A stretch of DNA of 62,272 nt from Candidatus Taenariivivens baikalensis. GTDB taxonomy: Bacteria > Omnitrophota > Omnitrophia > Omnitrophales > Aquincolibacteriaceae. This document shows positions 20,362 to 30,533 of the stretch, piece by piece. The stretch spans positions 1 through 62,272 of the forward strand of contig SICL01000009.1 in the NCBI GenBank assembly GCA_009691445.1, in the 5' to 3' direction. Numbering within the stretch: the first letter of the stretch is position 1; every line of letters begins with the position of its first letter. The notes beneath the pieces are model-generated. The model worked only from the letters and a program-made list of their open reading frames with translations. It had not been told where the DNA came from and did not search any database. Position numbers and translations under genes: made by a program.

Positions 20362-23300
20362 ATGCATTCTGACTTCGTCCACCTTCATTGCCATACCGAA
20401 TATAGCCTCCTGAATGGCGCCGTCAAAATCAAAGACCTGGTTCGCCGGGCCGTTGAACTCAAATTTCCAGCCATAGCCCTGACCGATCACGGCAATCTCT
20501 TTGGTGCCATCCATTTTTATACGGATGCGATGCATGAGGGCATTAAACCTATTTTGGGCATGGACGCTTATATTGCGCCCGCCTCCCGCTTTGAGAAGCA
20601 AACGCATGGAATCAAGGAAGCCTCTTTTCATTTGACGCTTTTGGCTGCCAGCGAACAGGGATATAAAAACCTCATGAAACTTGCAAGCATTGGGTATCTG
20701 GAAGGGTTTTACTACCGTCCTCGCATTGATAAAGAAGTTCTCAAACAGTATTCAGAAGGTCTGATTGCCTTAAGCGGAGATATGAAAGGCGAGATTCCTT
20801 ATTATGTCTTGAATGATGATCTGGACGAATCCCGTCGCGCGATAACGGAGTTCATCGATATCTTTGGACCTCGGAATTTTTTCCTGGAGATCATGGATCA
20901 AGGGCTTGAGCCCCAGAAGAAAATCATTCATGAACTTCAGAAATTCTCCAAGGATTTTGGCCTTCGGCTTGTGGCGACCAATGATGTCCATTATAACTAC
21001 CGCCAAGATGCTCATGCTCATGATGCCCTTCTTTGTATCGGAACGGGCAGTACGCTGGATGAGCCGCACCGTTTGCGTTATCACGGGGATAGTTATTACC
21101 TCAAATCTGCAGCTGAGATGCGCGAAACGTTTAGAGATTTTCCCGATGCGATCAAAGCGACCATTGATATTGCCGAACGCTGCAATCTGACTCTGGATTT
21201 TAAGAAGACGCATCTTCCTCACTATGAGCCACCGCCAGGAACGACGCAACGTCAGTATGCCGAAGGACTTTGTTTTCAGGGGCTCCGGAGAAAATTCCCT
21301 GAGGGGATTGCCGAGAATTATCTTGCGCGTCTTCGTTACGAACTTGAAGTGATCCAGAAAATGGGATATCTGAGCTACTTCCTTGTGGTTTGGGATTTTA
21401 TTCATTATGCCCGGGAGCAGGGGATTCCGGTCGGACCGGGACGCGGATCGGCGGCCGGAAGTTTGGCGGCTTACGCTTTGGGGATTACAAGTATTGATCC
21501 GATCAAGAACGGCCTTATCTTTGAACGATTCCTGAATCCTGATCGTGTCAGCATGCCTGATATTGATATCGACTTTTGCTACGAACGCCGCGATGAAGTC
21601 ATTGATTACGTCAAACGAAAATATGGCACTGAAAATGTGGCGCAGATTATCACCTTCGGAACCATGGCGGCCAAGGCGGTGATCCGTGATGTGGGCCGCG
21701 TCATGAATCTTTCTTATCAGGATGTGGATCGGATTGCTAAGCTCATTCCTCTGGAACTTAATATCACCATCGAACAGGCGATTCAAAAAGAACCCAAACT
21801 TAAGGAGCAGATCGAAAGCGATGCGCGCATTTCGCAGCTGATTGAAACTTCCAAACAATTGGAAGGATTTGTACGGCATGCTTCCACTCACGCAGCCGGA
21901 GTGGTGATCTCGGATGTGCCGCTGACCGAATACGTCCCGCTTTTGAAGGCGGATGAACAGATTTCCACGCAATACAACATGAAGGACTTGGAGAAAATTG
22001 GTCTTCTGAAAATGGATTTTCTGGGTCTCAAGACGCTGACGATGATTCATGAAGCGTTGAAACTGATTGATCGCCGCCAGGGTGCGAAATTAGATATTGA
22101 GGCTCTCCCCTGGGATGATAAGAAAACTTATGAGATGCTGCAGACAGCGAATGCTGCCGGAGTGTTTCAGCTTGAAAGTTCGGGGATGAGGGATCTCCTG
22201 AAAAAGATGAAGCCGACTTGTTTTGATCATCTTGTGGCCTTGCTTGCGCTTTATCGTCCGGGGCCGCTCGGAAGCGGTATGGTCGATGACTTTATCCGCT
22301 GTCTTCACAATCCTAAACTGATTAAATACGATCATCCGGCTTTGGAGGCGACTCTCAAGGAGACTTACGGAGTGATTCTTTATCAGGAACAGGTGATGAA
22401 GATTGTCAGTGATCTTGCCGGATTCACGCTTGCTCAAGCCGATTCATTACGGCGTGCTATTGGTAAAAAAATTCCTGAGATTATGGAAAAAGAAAAGTCG
22501 GGTTTCCTTGAAGGCGCCGCGAAGCGCAATATTCCTCAGCCCGTGGCTGAAAAAGTCTGGAACCTGATTGATTATTTTTCAGGATACGGTTTTAACAAAT
22601 CCCATTCAACGGCCTATGCGCTTATCTCTTATCAAACGGCGTATTTGAAAGCCCATTACCCGTTGGAATTTATGACCGCGCTGCTTACTTCTGAAATGGG
22701 AAATACTGATAAGGTGGTCCGCTATATTGAAGATTCAAAAAAAATGGGGATAAGCGCGCTTCCTCCATCGGTCAATGAAAGTTCTTCGGAATTTACTTGT
22801 GCGGATAATCACATTCGTTTTGGATTGACCGCCATAAAAAATGTGGGTTCAACCGCCATTGAATCTATTTTAAAAACCCGTAAGGAATCCGGAGCGTTTA
22901 AAAGTCTCTCTGACTTTACAAGCCGTGTTGACTTGAGGGTTTGCAACCGGAAAGTTCTTGAGAGCCTTATCAAGTGTGGCGCCTTTGATGAGTTTAGTGT
23001 TTTTCGCTCTCAGCTGATGGCTGTTTTGGATCAAGCGCTAGATGCCGGCGCCAAATATCAAAAGGATTTGAGTCGTGGACAGCTTTCTTTCTTTGGTGGT
23101 GGAAACGGAAATGCATTTCAGGCCGGAAGTACGGACGTCCCTCAGATTTCGGAGTGGCCTGAGAATCAGCTTTTGGCCTATGAGCGGGAGCTTATTGGAT
23201 TTTACATTACTTCACATCCGCTCTCTAAATATGCGGATATTCTAAAAGTTTATGCGACAGCGTTTTCGGATAATCTAAGTGAATTTCGTGATCAAGCTGA

Positions 23301-23793
23301 GGTGACTATCGGGGGAGTGATTGGAAGTATTAAAGAGATTATGACTAAAAAAGGGGATCGGATGGCCTTTATGAATCTTCAGGATCTCAGTGGATCCTGC
23401 GAGATTATTATTTTCCCTGAAACCTATTTAAAGTTCCAAGAGCTTTTGAAACCAGATGCCCTTATTTTTTTGAGTGGCAAGGTGAGTTCTCGGGACGAAC
23501 AGCCCAAGATCATTGCCGAAGAAATTATTCCTATTACGGATGTGAAGCAGCGGTTTACTCGCGGTATTTCCATTCATTTTCAAACGACAGGAATGGATTC
23601 AGAAGTTCTAAAACAGATTCGAAGTGTCCTAATTAAAAACAAAGGCGAAACACCGGTCTATCTAACCTTCCGTGATCCTCAGGGAAAGACAGCTGTTTTA
23701 AATACAGGAGATGATCTTCGGGTCAAAACGACGGATGATCTGCTTGCTGAGCTCGAAAAAATCGCGGGGGAAAATTCAGTTAAAATCCGGTGA
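20362..23793 (+). CDS. dnaE: DNA polymerase III alpha subunit
   Basis: PHP motif HLHCHTEYS, GRGSAAGS, MPDIDIDF, KMDFLGL, YGFNKSH. Confidence 0.97.
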   Translation: MHSDFVHLHCHTEYSLLNGAVKIKDLVRRAVELKFPAIALTDHGNLFGAIHFYTDAMHEGIKPILGMDAYIAPASRFEKQTHGIKEASFHLTLLAASEQGYKNLMKLASIGYLEGFYYRPRIDKEVLKQYSEGLIALSGDMKGEIPYYVLNDDLDESRRAITEFIDIFGPRNFFLEIMDQGLEPQKKIIHELQKFSKDFGLRLVATNDVHYNYRQDAHAHDALLCIGTGSTLDEPHRLRYHGDSYYLKSAAEMRETFRDFPDAIKATIDIAERCNLTLDFKKTHLPHYEPPPGTTQRQYAEGLCFQGLRRKFPEGIAENYLARLRYELEVIQKMGYLSYFLVVWDFIHYAREQGIPVGPGRGSAAGSLAAYALGITSIDPIKNGLIFERFLNPDRVSMPDIDIDFCYERRDEVIDYVKRKYGTENVAQIITFGTMAAKAVIRDVGRVMNLSYQDVDRIAKLIPLELNITIEQAIQKEPKLKEQIESDARISQLIETSKQLEGFVRHASTHAAGVVISDVPLTEYVPLLKADEQISTQYNMKDLEKIGLLKMDFLGLKTLTMIHEALKLIDRRQGAKLDIEALPWDDKKTYEMLQTANAAGVFQLESSGMRDLLKKMKPTCFDHLVALLALYRPGPLGSGMVDDFIRCLHNPKLIKYDHPALEATLKETYGVILYQEQVMKIVSDLAGFTLAQADSLRRAIGKKIPEIMEKEKSGFLEGAAKRNIPQPVAEKVWNLIDYFSGYGFNKSHSTAYALISYQTAYLKAHYPLEFMTALLTSEMGNTDKVVRYIEDSKKMGISALPPSVNESSSEFTCADNHIRFGLTAIKNVGSTAIESILKTRKESGAFKSLSDFTSRVDLRVCNRKVLESLIKCGAFDEFSVFRSQLMAVLDQALDAGAKYQKDLSRGQLSFFGGGNGNAFQAGSTDVPQISEWPENQLLAYERELIGFYITSHPLSKYADILKVYATAFSDNLSEFRDQAEVTIGGVIGSIKEIMTKKGDRMAFMNLQDLSGSCEIIIFPETYLKFQELLKPDALIFLSGKVSSRDEQPKIIAEEIIPITDVKQRFTRGISIHFQTTGMDSEVLKQIRSVLIKNKGETPVYLTFRDPQGKTAVLNTGDDLRVKTTDDLLAELEKIAGENSVKIR

Positions 23794-23840
23794 AATTATC
23801 GCAGGAAATAGTGTAAGTTTTCAGTGAGGCTCGTAGCTGT

Positions 23841-24083
23841 GTCATTGTTCACAACAATTCGTCGGACGACTCCCGCGCCTTGGCGGAGATGTATGGGTTA
23901 GTCCTTGCGAGGAGCCCGCCACTGTTCTTTGGCGGGCGACGACGCGCTAATCTGACGGTTTTTGTCATTGCGAGTCCCGCGCCTTGGCGGAGACGCGGCA
24001 ATCCCTGGGCCCAACGCCGAGATTTCTTCGCTCCGCTCGCAATGGACAGACGAAGAGATTGCTTCGCTGCGGCCTGCAATGAC
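23841..24083. repeat. Cluster of REP-like palindromes
   Basis: Several gtcattgcgag / cccgcgccttggcgg / ctcgcaatg units. Confidence 0.8.
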
Positions 24084-24191
24084 ATGGGTGAGTACAAATT
24101 CACAAAATATTATTCTGTAACCCGTTCATTTTAATATAGTTATGATTATAATCAGCCTCAGATTTCCCCGGTAAAATTCTTTCAAATTCGA

Positions 24192-24262
24192 TTATAAGTC
24201 ATGACTTTATATTGACTTATAACAAAATCAACCTTGACAATTTTATCAGCTTTTGATAATTT
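24192..24262 (+). promoter_or_regulatory. 10-bp inverted repeat plus sigma70 promoter of the HU-family gene
   Basis: ttataagtca-N11-tgacttataa, then TTGACA (24234)-N17-TAATTT. Confidence 0.55.
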
Positions 24263-24342
24263 TATCGCATCTCTAGTCCTATCAATTGGTTGGAGCGTAA
24301 ATGATAGCGGGGGATTAGCGATTTCGAAGGAGCTGAGTTCTC

Positions 24343-24615
24343 ATGACGAAAAAAGATATCGTGATTAAAGTATCTAATGATACAAATCTTACGCAGATTG
24401 ATGTGAAGAAAATTGTTCAGCGTACTTTGGATGTCGTCCTGGAATCCCTTGAGCGAGGAGAGACCGTGGAGCTTCGTAATTTTGGAGTCTTCAAAGTTAA
24501 AACCCGCCGAGGCCGTTTGGGAAGAAATCCAAGAACGGGTGAAGAAGTTTCGGTGCCTGAGAAAAAAGTCGTTGTTTTTAAAGCGGGGTTGATTTTAAAG
24601 CATAAGGTAAAATAG
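24343..24615 (+). CDS. HU/IHF family DNA-binding protein
   Basis: MTKKDI...VELRNFGVF...GRNPRTGE. Confidence 0.93.
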   Translation: MTKKDIVIKVSNDTNLTQIDVKKIVQRTLDVVLESLERGETVELRNFGVFKVKTRRGRLGRNPRTGEEVSVPEKKVVVFKAGLILKHKVK

Positions 24616-24639
24616 GTTGTTTTTTAAGGAGGAATTTTT

Positions 24640-24885
24640 ATGGCACTCAAAGGTAAAGTTAAGTGGTTTTCCAACGTCAAGGGATACGGTTTTCTTGAAT
24701 CTCAGGAATCTCCTAAAGATGTTTTCGTTCACTACAAATCGATTGATGGTGAAGGATACAAGACGCTGAAGGACAAAGAGGAAGTCGAGTTTGAACTTGT
24801 TGAAGGGGACAAGGGTCCTCATGCCGCTAAGGTTGTTCGAGTCAAAAAAAATCAGCCCAAAAAAGAAGAGGCTGGTAAATCCTGA
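24640..24885 (+). CDS. Cold-shock protein
   Basis: GKVKWF..KGYGF, DVFVHY RNP motifs; SD aggagg. Confidence 0.93.
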   Translation: MALKGKVKWFSNVKGYGFLESQESPKDVFVHYKSIDGEGYKTLKDKEEVEFELVEGDKGPHAAKVVRVKKNQPKKEEAGKS

Positions 24886-24915
24886 TCTTTTTTCTTCCTT
24901 TTCCTTTCACCTCCC

Positions 24916-25731
24916 ATGAACGCTCGTGATCCAGAGCAAGACGTTTCCTCAAACCGGCGTTTGAAACGTTTTTTTTCTTTCCTCCCACTCACCACTATTG
25001 GGCAAAGAGTTTTTCTTCAAGAATCTGAAAGCCGTCATTTGTGCCGCACGTTGCGTCTTAAGAAAGGCCAGTGTTGTCTCGTGATAGACGGGCAGGGCCG
25101 GGAAGCAGAGGCTGTGATTGAAACCCTTGACCCTCAAAAAACGGCGGTAAAAACGATTCGGATGATTCTCTCTCAATCGGAGGAGGCTATCAAAGGCTGG
25201 AAGATTTGTTTTTATGTGGCCTGTCCTAAAAAAGGAAAATTAGATGATATGATAGAGAAAGCCCAAGAGATTGGAGTGGCAGAAGTCATTCCTCTTGAGA
25301 CGGCCAGGACGGAAATAAAATTTTCGGCAGATCGTATGGAAACTATCCAGGAACGCTGGAGAAAAATCACCCGAGAAGCCGCAAAGCAATCCGGGGCTTC
25401 ACGACTGACCGAGGTTAAGCCGGTGATGAAATTCAAACAGGCTTTGGAAGGGGTGAACGGCGATCCCGCATTATTTTTTCATCCCGTACCGGAGGCGATT
25501 TTTTTCAGAGATTGGATTTATCAATTTCAAAAGCCAAAAGAGTCTGAAGCTTTTCGTGGAAAATTTCATGCCTTCATTGGTCCTGAAGGTGGGTTTTCGG
25601 ATGAGGAAGTCATTCTGGCTCGTTCCAGGCAAGTGACGATGATTCGTCTGGGCTTGAATATCCTTAAAGTTGATACAGCCTTTGTGACCGCCGCGTTTGC
25701 CCTCAAAACATTTTTAAATTGTGAGGAATAA
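24916..25731 (+). CDS. rsmE: 16S rRNA m3U1498 methyltransferase
   Basis: HLCRTLRL, EKAQEIGV, EAAKQS, FIGPEGGFS, LGLNILKVDTA. Confidence 0.9.
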   Translation: MNARDPEQDVSSNRRLKRFFSFLPLTTIGQRVFLQESESRHLCRTLRLKKGQCCLVIDGQGREAEAVIETLDPQKTAVKTIRMILSQSEEAIKGWKICFYVACPKKGKLDDMIEKAQEIGVAEVIPLETARTEIKFSADRMETIQERWRKITREAAKQSGASRLTEVKPVMKFKQALEGVNGDPALFFHPVPEAIFFRDWIYQFQKPKESEAFRGKFHAFIGPEGGFSDEEVILARSRQVTMIRLGLNILKVDTAFVTAAFALKTFLNCEE

Positions 25732-25734
25732 TTT

Positions 25735-26310
25735 ATGGGAAAAATGATGGAATGGGTTCACGGATTTATTGGGCTAATCAATTGGAAGCTTACCTTCTCT
25801 CTTTTTCATTCCTTTGACTGGTTTTTTCTCGCGTTTCTTGTATCAGGGATTATCTATGGCAGTAAGCGGGGGTTTTTAAGAAGCGCGGTGGAGCTGGCGG
25901 AGTTCCTCCTTGTTATTTTTGCCGTTGTGGGCAATTACAGTTGGCTTGGTTTCAAGTTGACGCACTGGATCCCTATGTTCCAGGAATCTGTGACAAAACC
26001 CGCGGCCTATTTTTTGATTCTTGCCACGGTGTGGGCGGCTGTGATGGTGATCGATCAGAATTTAAAACAGTTGATTCAGGCCAAGACTTTTCCTCCTCTC
26101 AAGATTATCGGAGGTGCGATCCTGGGTTTGATTTTTTTTCTTCTCATCTTTGCCTTGATTTCCAAAGGTCTTTCAATGATGCCCCAGGACTCCGTCTCCC
26201 AGCTTTTTGAGGAGAGAAAGACATATTTTGGAAAGAGGCTTGCCGGAATCCCTGTTGATTTTTATGCGACGGTCATGAAAAAGCTCGGCGCTCTGCTTGG
26301 CACGAAATAG
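25735..26310 (+). CDS. cvpA: CvpA (colicin V production) family membrane protein
   Basis: DW.....IYGSKRGFLR motif, four TM helices, IGGAILG. Confidence 0.7.
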   Translation: MGKMMEWVHGFIGLINWKLTFSLFHSFDWFFLAFLVSGIIYGSKRGFLRSAVELAEFLLVIFAVVGNYSWLGFKLTHWIPMFQESVTKPAAYFLILATVWAAVMVIDQNLKQLIQAKTFPPLKIIGGAILGLIFFLLIFALISKGLSMMPQDSVSQLFEERKTYFGKRLAGIPVDFYATVMKKLGALLGTK

Positions 26311-26327
26311 GCGTTTAGGGTATCCGC

Positions 26328-28127
26328 ATGAATTATGATGATTCGATTAAAGACGAAGTCCGGTTGGCCAGTAATATAGTGGATGTGATTAGCCAGGTTG
26401 TTTCTTTAAAAAAATCCGGCCGAAATTTTAAAGCGAATTGCCCCTTTCATCAGGAAAAATCGCCTTCGTTTATGGTTCATCCCGAGAAACAGATCTTTCG
26501 CTGTTTTGGCTGCGGTGTGGGCGGCGATGTTTTTACTTTCTTGATGAAGCATGAGAATCTTACCTTTCCGGAAGCCCTTCGCCAGTTGGCAGAACGGGCG
26601 AACATTCAACTTCCAGTTTATTCGGCCCAGAACCGTGAGAAGGCTTCGGAATCCGAAGCGCTGTATGAGATCTGCCAATTTGCAGCGGATTTTTATCATC
26701 AAACCTTCTTTCATCCGATCCAGGGGAAAACCGCGCGGGATTATTTTTTTAAACGGGGTTACACGGAGGAGGTGGCGCGGGAATTTAAAATTGGATGGGC
26801 GCCGGAGGGATGGCATTTTCTTTTTGAGGCCCTGAGTAAAAAAGGATTTTCAGAAGCGCTTCTTTTAAAATCCGGGCTGATTCAAAAATCCCCCAAAGGC
26901 AGTCTTTATGACGCGTTTCGGGCGCGGCTGCTTTTTCCCATTCACAATCTTCAAGGAAAGATCGTGGCTTTTGGCGGCCGTATTTTGACGGATCAGAAGG
27001 AGGGCCCCAAATATTTAAATTCTCCTGAGACTCCGATTTTCCACAAACGGCGCGAACTGTTCGGACTTCATTTGGCCAAAAAAAATATCCCCATGGATCG
27101 TTCTCAGATACTGGTCACCGAAGGTTATTTTGATTTTTTGAGACTTTACCATCAGGGGTTCAAGCACGTGGTGGCGACGCTCGGAACTTCTTTGACGGAA
27201 GAGCATGTTCAGCTGCTCAAACGTTTTGCGGATGAAGCCGTCGTGATTTATGACGGCGATAAAGCGGGACAGGCCGCGAGTTTGCGGGGACTCGAGGTTT
27301 TTCTGGAAGGTGAAATGAGTGTCAAGCTGGTGCGGATGCCGCAGGGGCTTGATCCCGATGACTATTTGGTCAAGGAAGGAAACGCCGCTCTTCAGAAGAT
27401 GATTGATGAAGCGAAAGATTTCCTGGACTTTAAACTTGAAATTCTTTTTGAACGCTATAATCCCAAAGATTCTCTGGGGCTTATGCGTATTACGGGTGAA
27501 CTTATCGAGACACTGCAGAAAGTTAATCATCCGGTGTTGCTGGATCATTATCTGACACGGATCGCTTCTCGGACCGGAATCAGCCGGGAATCCCTCAAAT
27601 CCGAATGGACACGTCTTAAGCAGAAGCAGAAGAGCCGGCCAGGCATTGGTTCTGATCCGGGGCCTTCTTTAATGAAGACCCAGGAAATCAGCGATGAAGA
27701 AGTGATTCTTCTCAGTTTACTTATCGATGAACGGGAGATTCGAAAGAAGATGATGCCCATGATTCATGAAATGGATTTTGAAAGCATCTTGTCGCAGAAT
27801 CTTTTTCGTGAAATCGTTCAGACGGAGATAAGACGCGAAGAGAAAAGCTGGCCGCAATGGCTTGATTCCGTGACTGAAGATGGGTTTAAGCAAAGTCTGA
27901 TTCGTCAGGCGGAATTTGAGTGGAATCTGGAGGAGAAGGAAAAAGCGGCGCGGGATTGTTTTTGGCAGCTCCGTAAGAAGAAAAAGGAAAAGAAACTTAG
28001 TGAACTGCGCCGTTTAATTCTGGATTCGGAACATTCCCGAGATCATGAAAAAATGCAACTCTATGCCCGTGATTACCAGGAGCTTCTAAAAAAGCCGCTT
28101 GAAGTGAATCTACAAGATCACCGCTGA
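26328..28127 (+). CDS. dnaG: DNA primase
   Basis: CPFHQEKSPSF...CFGC zinc finger, KYLNSPET, EGYFD, YDGDKAG, DPD TOPRIM motifs. Confidence 0.96.
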   Translation: MNYDDSIKDEVRLASNIVDVISQVVSLKKSGRNFKANCPFHQEKSPSFMVHPEKQIFRCFGCGVGGDVFTFLMKHENLTFPEALRQLAERANIQLPVYSAQNREKASESEALYEICQFAADFYHQTFFHPIQGKTARDYFFKRGYTEEVAREFKIGWAPEGWHFLFEALSKKGFSEALLLKSGLIQKSPKGSLYDAFRARLLFPIHNLQGKIVAFGGRILTDQKEGPKYLNSPETPIFHKRRELFGLHLAKKNIPMDRSQILVTEGYFDFLRLYHQGFKHVVATLGTSLTEEHVQLLKRFADEAVVIYDGDKAGQAASLRGLEVFLEGEMSVKLVRMPQGLDPDDYLVKEGNAALQKMIDEAKDFLDFKLEILFERYNPKDSLGLMRITGELIETLQKVNHPVLLDHYLTRIASRTGISRESLKSEWTRLKQKQKSRPGIGSDPGPSLMKTQEISDEEVILLSLLIDEREIRKKMMPMIHEMDFESILSQNLFREIVQTEIRREEKSWPQWLDSVTEDGFKQSLIRQAEFEWNLEEKEKAARDCFWQLRKKKKEKKLSELRRLILDSEHSRDHEKMQLYARDYQELLKKPLEVNLQDHR

Positions 28128-28244
28128 TTCGAATTGCATATTCCCGCTATAAAAAGAAGAGTTATTTTTATCTGGCAAGTTTATACGAAATGAATATAAT
28201 CTAGGTTTCCTTTAGGGGAGTTCTACGCATTAATATCGAATTCT

Positions 28245-29954
28245 ATGAAAAAATATAAAAAACTGGCACCAATCAAATCCGGAAAAGCTAAAATTTTTCC
28301 TAAAAAGGAACATGTGGTTTCTTCAGTAAAAAAGCCGGTAATCTCCAAGGCAACTCCCGTTAAAAAATCCCTGATGACACTGGGTCCCAGCATGAAAAAA
28401 TCTGACAATGCGGGGAATAAAAAGCCTCCCCTGACTCGGAAGCAAATCAGTGATCTTCTTCCGTCCGGCTCCGCACCTTTGGCCAAACCGTCAGCGGCGG
28501 TTGCGTCTATTGAGAAAAATAAGATTGCAGCGGTCGCGCCCAAGATTCACGCCTCGGATGATGAAATGATTGTTGAGGATGATAAGCCTATTTCTACCAA
28601 GAAGGAGAATGCCTCTGAGGAGGAAGATGGTGGAAGTGGAGGGGGGATTGAGGAATACGGCCGTTCCCGAATGGATGATCCCGTGCGCATGTATTTGCGG
28701 CAGATGGGGCAGATCCCTTTATTAACTCGTCAGGAAGAAATTGCCATCGCGAAAAAAATCGAAGATTGCGAAGATGAGCTTAAGCGCGCCGTGTATGAAG
28801 CCAAAGCTTCGCGTTTTGAAGTTCTTGAGCTGGCGCGCAAGATTGTGAATGATGAGGTTAATCTTGAATCGATTATTGATGAAGAGCAGCAAACTACGAT
28901 TCTTACGATCAAGCGCAAATTAGCAAAGCTCGTTGGTAAGTTACGCGCTTCCCGTAAATCCGCGAATTTGGTGGATCTTCTCATGCAATTCAACCTCAAT
29001 GTTGGTATTGTGGAGAAAATCGTTTCTGGTTTACGTTCTAAAATAGCGTTGCTTAAAACCCTTCGGGATGAAATTGAAAAAGGGCGACCCAAGGCGGAGC
29101 ACGGTTCGGTTGCACAAATTCAAAAGCAGTGCCGTCAAATTGTCCGGGAGCTTGGCGAGAGCGAAAAGAAGGTTCAGGAACGTTTTAATGTAATCAATCG
29201 GCGGGAGCGTGAGCTGACTCGTGCTAAAAAAGCCCTAGTCGCTGCCAATCTCCGTCTTGTCGTGAGTATTGCGAAAAAATATACGAACCGTGGCCTTTCT
29301 TTCCTCGATCTGATTCAGGAAGGGAATATCGGGCTCATGAAGGCCGTGGATAAATTTGAGTACAAGCGCGGCTATAAGTTCTCGACCTATGCGACGTGGT
29401 GGATTCGTCAGGCGATTACGCGCTCGATTGCGGATCAGGCCAGAACGATTCGTATCCCTGTCCATATGATTGAAACCATTAATAAGTTTTATCGTGCCTC
29501 CCGTCATTTAGTGCAGGAAACCGGCCGTGAACCGACGCCTGAAGAAGTTGCCCAGGTTATGAAGATGCCAGTTGAAAAGGTCAAAGGGATATTAAAGATT
29601 GCTCAGGAGCCTATCAGCCTCCAGACGCCGATTGGTGATGAGGGGGATACGACTTTTGGAGATTTCATTGAAGACAAATCTGCAGTTTCTCCTGCCAACG
29701 CAACCGCCTATAGTATGCTCAAAGAACAGATGGATGATGTGCTCTTGACGCTCACCGAACGTGAAGAGAAGGTGCTGCGTCTCCGATTTGGTATTGGAGA
29801 TGGTTATCCCCGTACGCTTGAAGAAGTGGGACAGATCTTTAATGTAACGCGCGAACGTGTTCGACAGATTGAGGCCAAAGCTCTTCGCAAGCTTCGGCAT
29901 CCTACGCGGTCCAGGAAACTTGAAAGTTTCATGGATGTTAAGCTGAGTGATTAG
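28245..29954 (+). CDS. rpoD: Primary sigma factor
   Basis: [44 protein letters not shown]; follows dnaG. Confidence 0.96.
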   Translation: MKKYKKLAPIKSGKAKIFPKKEHVVSSVKKPVISKATPVKKSLMTLGPSMKKSDNAGNKKPPLTRKQISDLLPSGSAPLAKPSAAVASIEKNKIAAVAPKIHASDDEMIVEDDKPISTKKENASEEEDGGSGGGIEEYGRSRMDDPVRMYLRQMGQIPLLTRQEEIAIAKKIEDCEDELKRAVYEAKASRFEVLELARKIVNDEVNLESIIDEEQQTTILTIKRKLAKLVGKLRASRKSANLVDLLMQFNLNVGIVEKIVSGLRSKIALLKTLRDEIEKGRPKAEHGSVAQIQKQCRQIVRELGESEKKVQERFNVINRRERELTRAKKALVAANLRLVVSIAKKYTNRGLSFLDLIQEGNIGLMKAVDKFEYKRGYKFSTYATWWIRQAITRSIADQARTIRIPVHMIETINKFYRASRHLVQETGREPTPEEVAQVMKMPVEKVKGILKIAQEPISLQTPIGDEGDTTFGDFIEDKSAVSPANATAYSMLKEQMDDVLLTLTEREEKVLRLRFGIGDGYPRTLEEVGQIFNVTRERVRQIEAKALRKLRHPTRSRKLESFMDVKLSD

Positions 29955-29971
29955 GCTTTCCTGATAGAACT

Positions 29972-30116
29972 GTCATTCTATATCTCCCGCGGTTGTTATT
30001 CTAAGCGAAGTGTCCGCTGAAGGACGGATTCGTCCGGCGAATTGTGGTGGAAAGAATCTTAGGATAAACTCCAGCCGAAGAATCTCCGGAGAGATCCTTT
30101 GCTTCGCTCAGGATGA
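29972..30116. repeat. REP-like palindromic repeat (GTCATTC...CTCAGGATGA type)
   Basis: gtcattc, gaagaatct...agatcctt...gctcaggatga nested hairpins. Confidence 0.6.
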
Positions 30117-30150
30117 ACCGTGTTTTTTGGGGGACTCCAAATCCGCATGC

Positions 30151-30224
30151 GGGCCTGTAGCTCAGTCGGTTAGAGCAGGCGACTCATAATCGCTTGGTCC
30201 CTGGTTCGAGTCCAGGCAGGCCCA
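30151..30224 (+). tRNA. tRNA-Ile2 (CAT, lysidine type); CCA not encoded
   Basis: GGGCCTG...CAGGCCCA acceptor stem; GGCGA-CTCATAA-TCGCT anticodon arm like E. coli ileX; GTTCGAG T loop; position after rpoD. Confidence 0.9.
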
Positions 30225-30338
30225 TTTTGAGCCCGAGAATTTGATTCAGTTTAAAAAAAATCACCCGATATATATCAAGGTGAAAGTCCACATGGAGAGC
30301 TTCACGCGAAGAAATTGTATCGATTGTGTAAAAATAAG

Positions 30339-30402
30339 TTGACACCTATTTTAGTTTCACAGATAATTTTCCCAGAAGTACTCATTATTGTAAGCAATTA
30401 CA
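30339..30402 (+). promoter_or_regulatory. Sigma70 promoter plus downstream palindromic operator for the porin gene
   Basis: TTGACA-N17-GATAAT; TGTAAGCAATTACA at 30389-30402. Confidence 0.55.
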
Positions 30403-30533
30403 TTAATGTGGGTTAAAAAGTGATACTCGCCTTTCAAGCTTAAAGCGTGCTGAGTGAATAATATTTGGCATGTAAATTGTTAGTCAGTCAGGAAACAATA
30501 GAGACTTTAGTGTCAAACCAAGGGGGGGAAGTA

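Noticed and set aside
20770-22050. 426-aa antisense ORF and similar long reverse-strand ORFs (10144, 11149, 38208, 5845)
   Set aside because: Shadow frames of well-supported + strand genes.
23849-24134. Opposing 84-aa ORFs
   Set aside because: They lie entirely within the REP-like palindrome cluster and have no protein-like features.
30151-30224. tRNA-Met or fMet call for the CAT tRNA
   Set aside because: The 1-72 pair is intact, there are no three consecutive G-C anticodon-stem pairs, and the sequence matches the ileX type.
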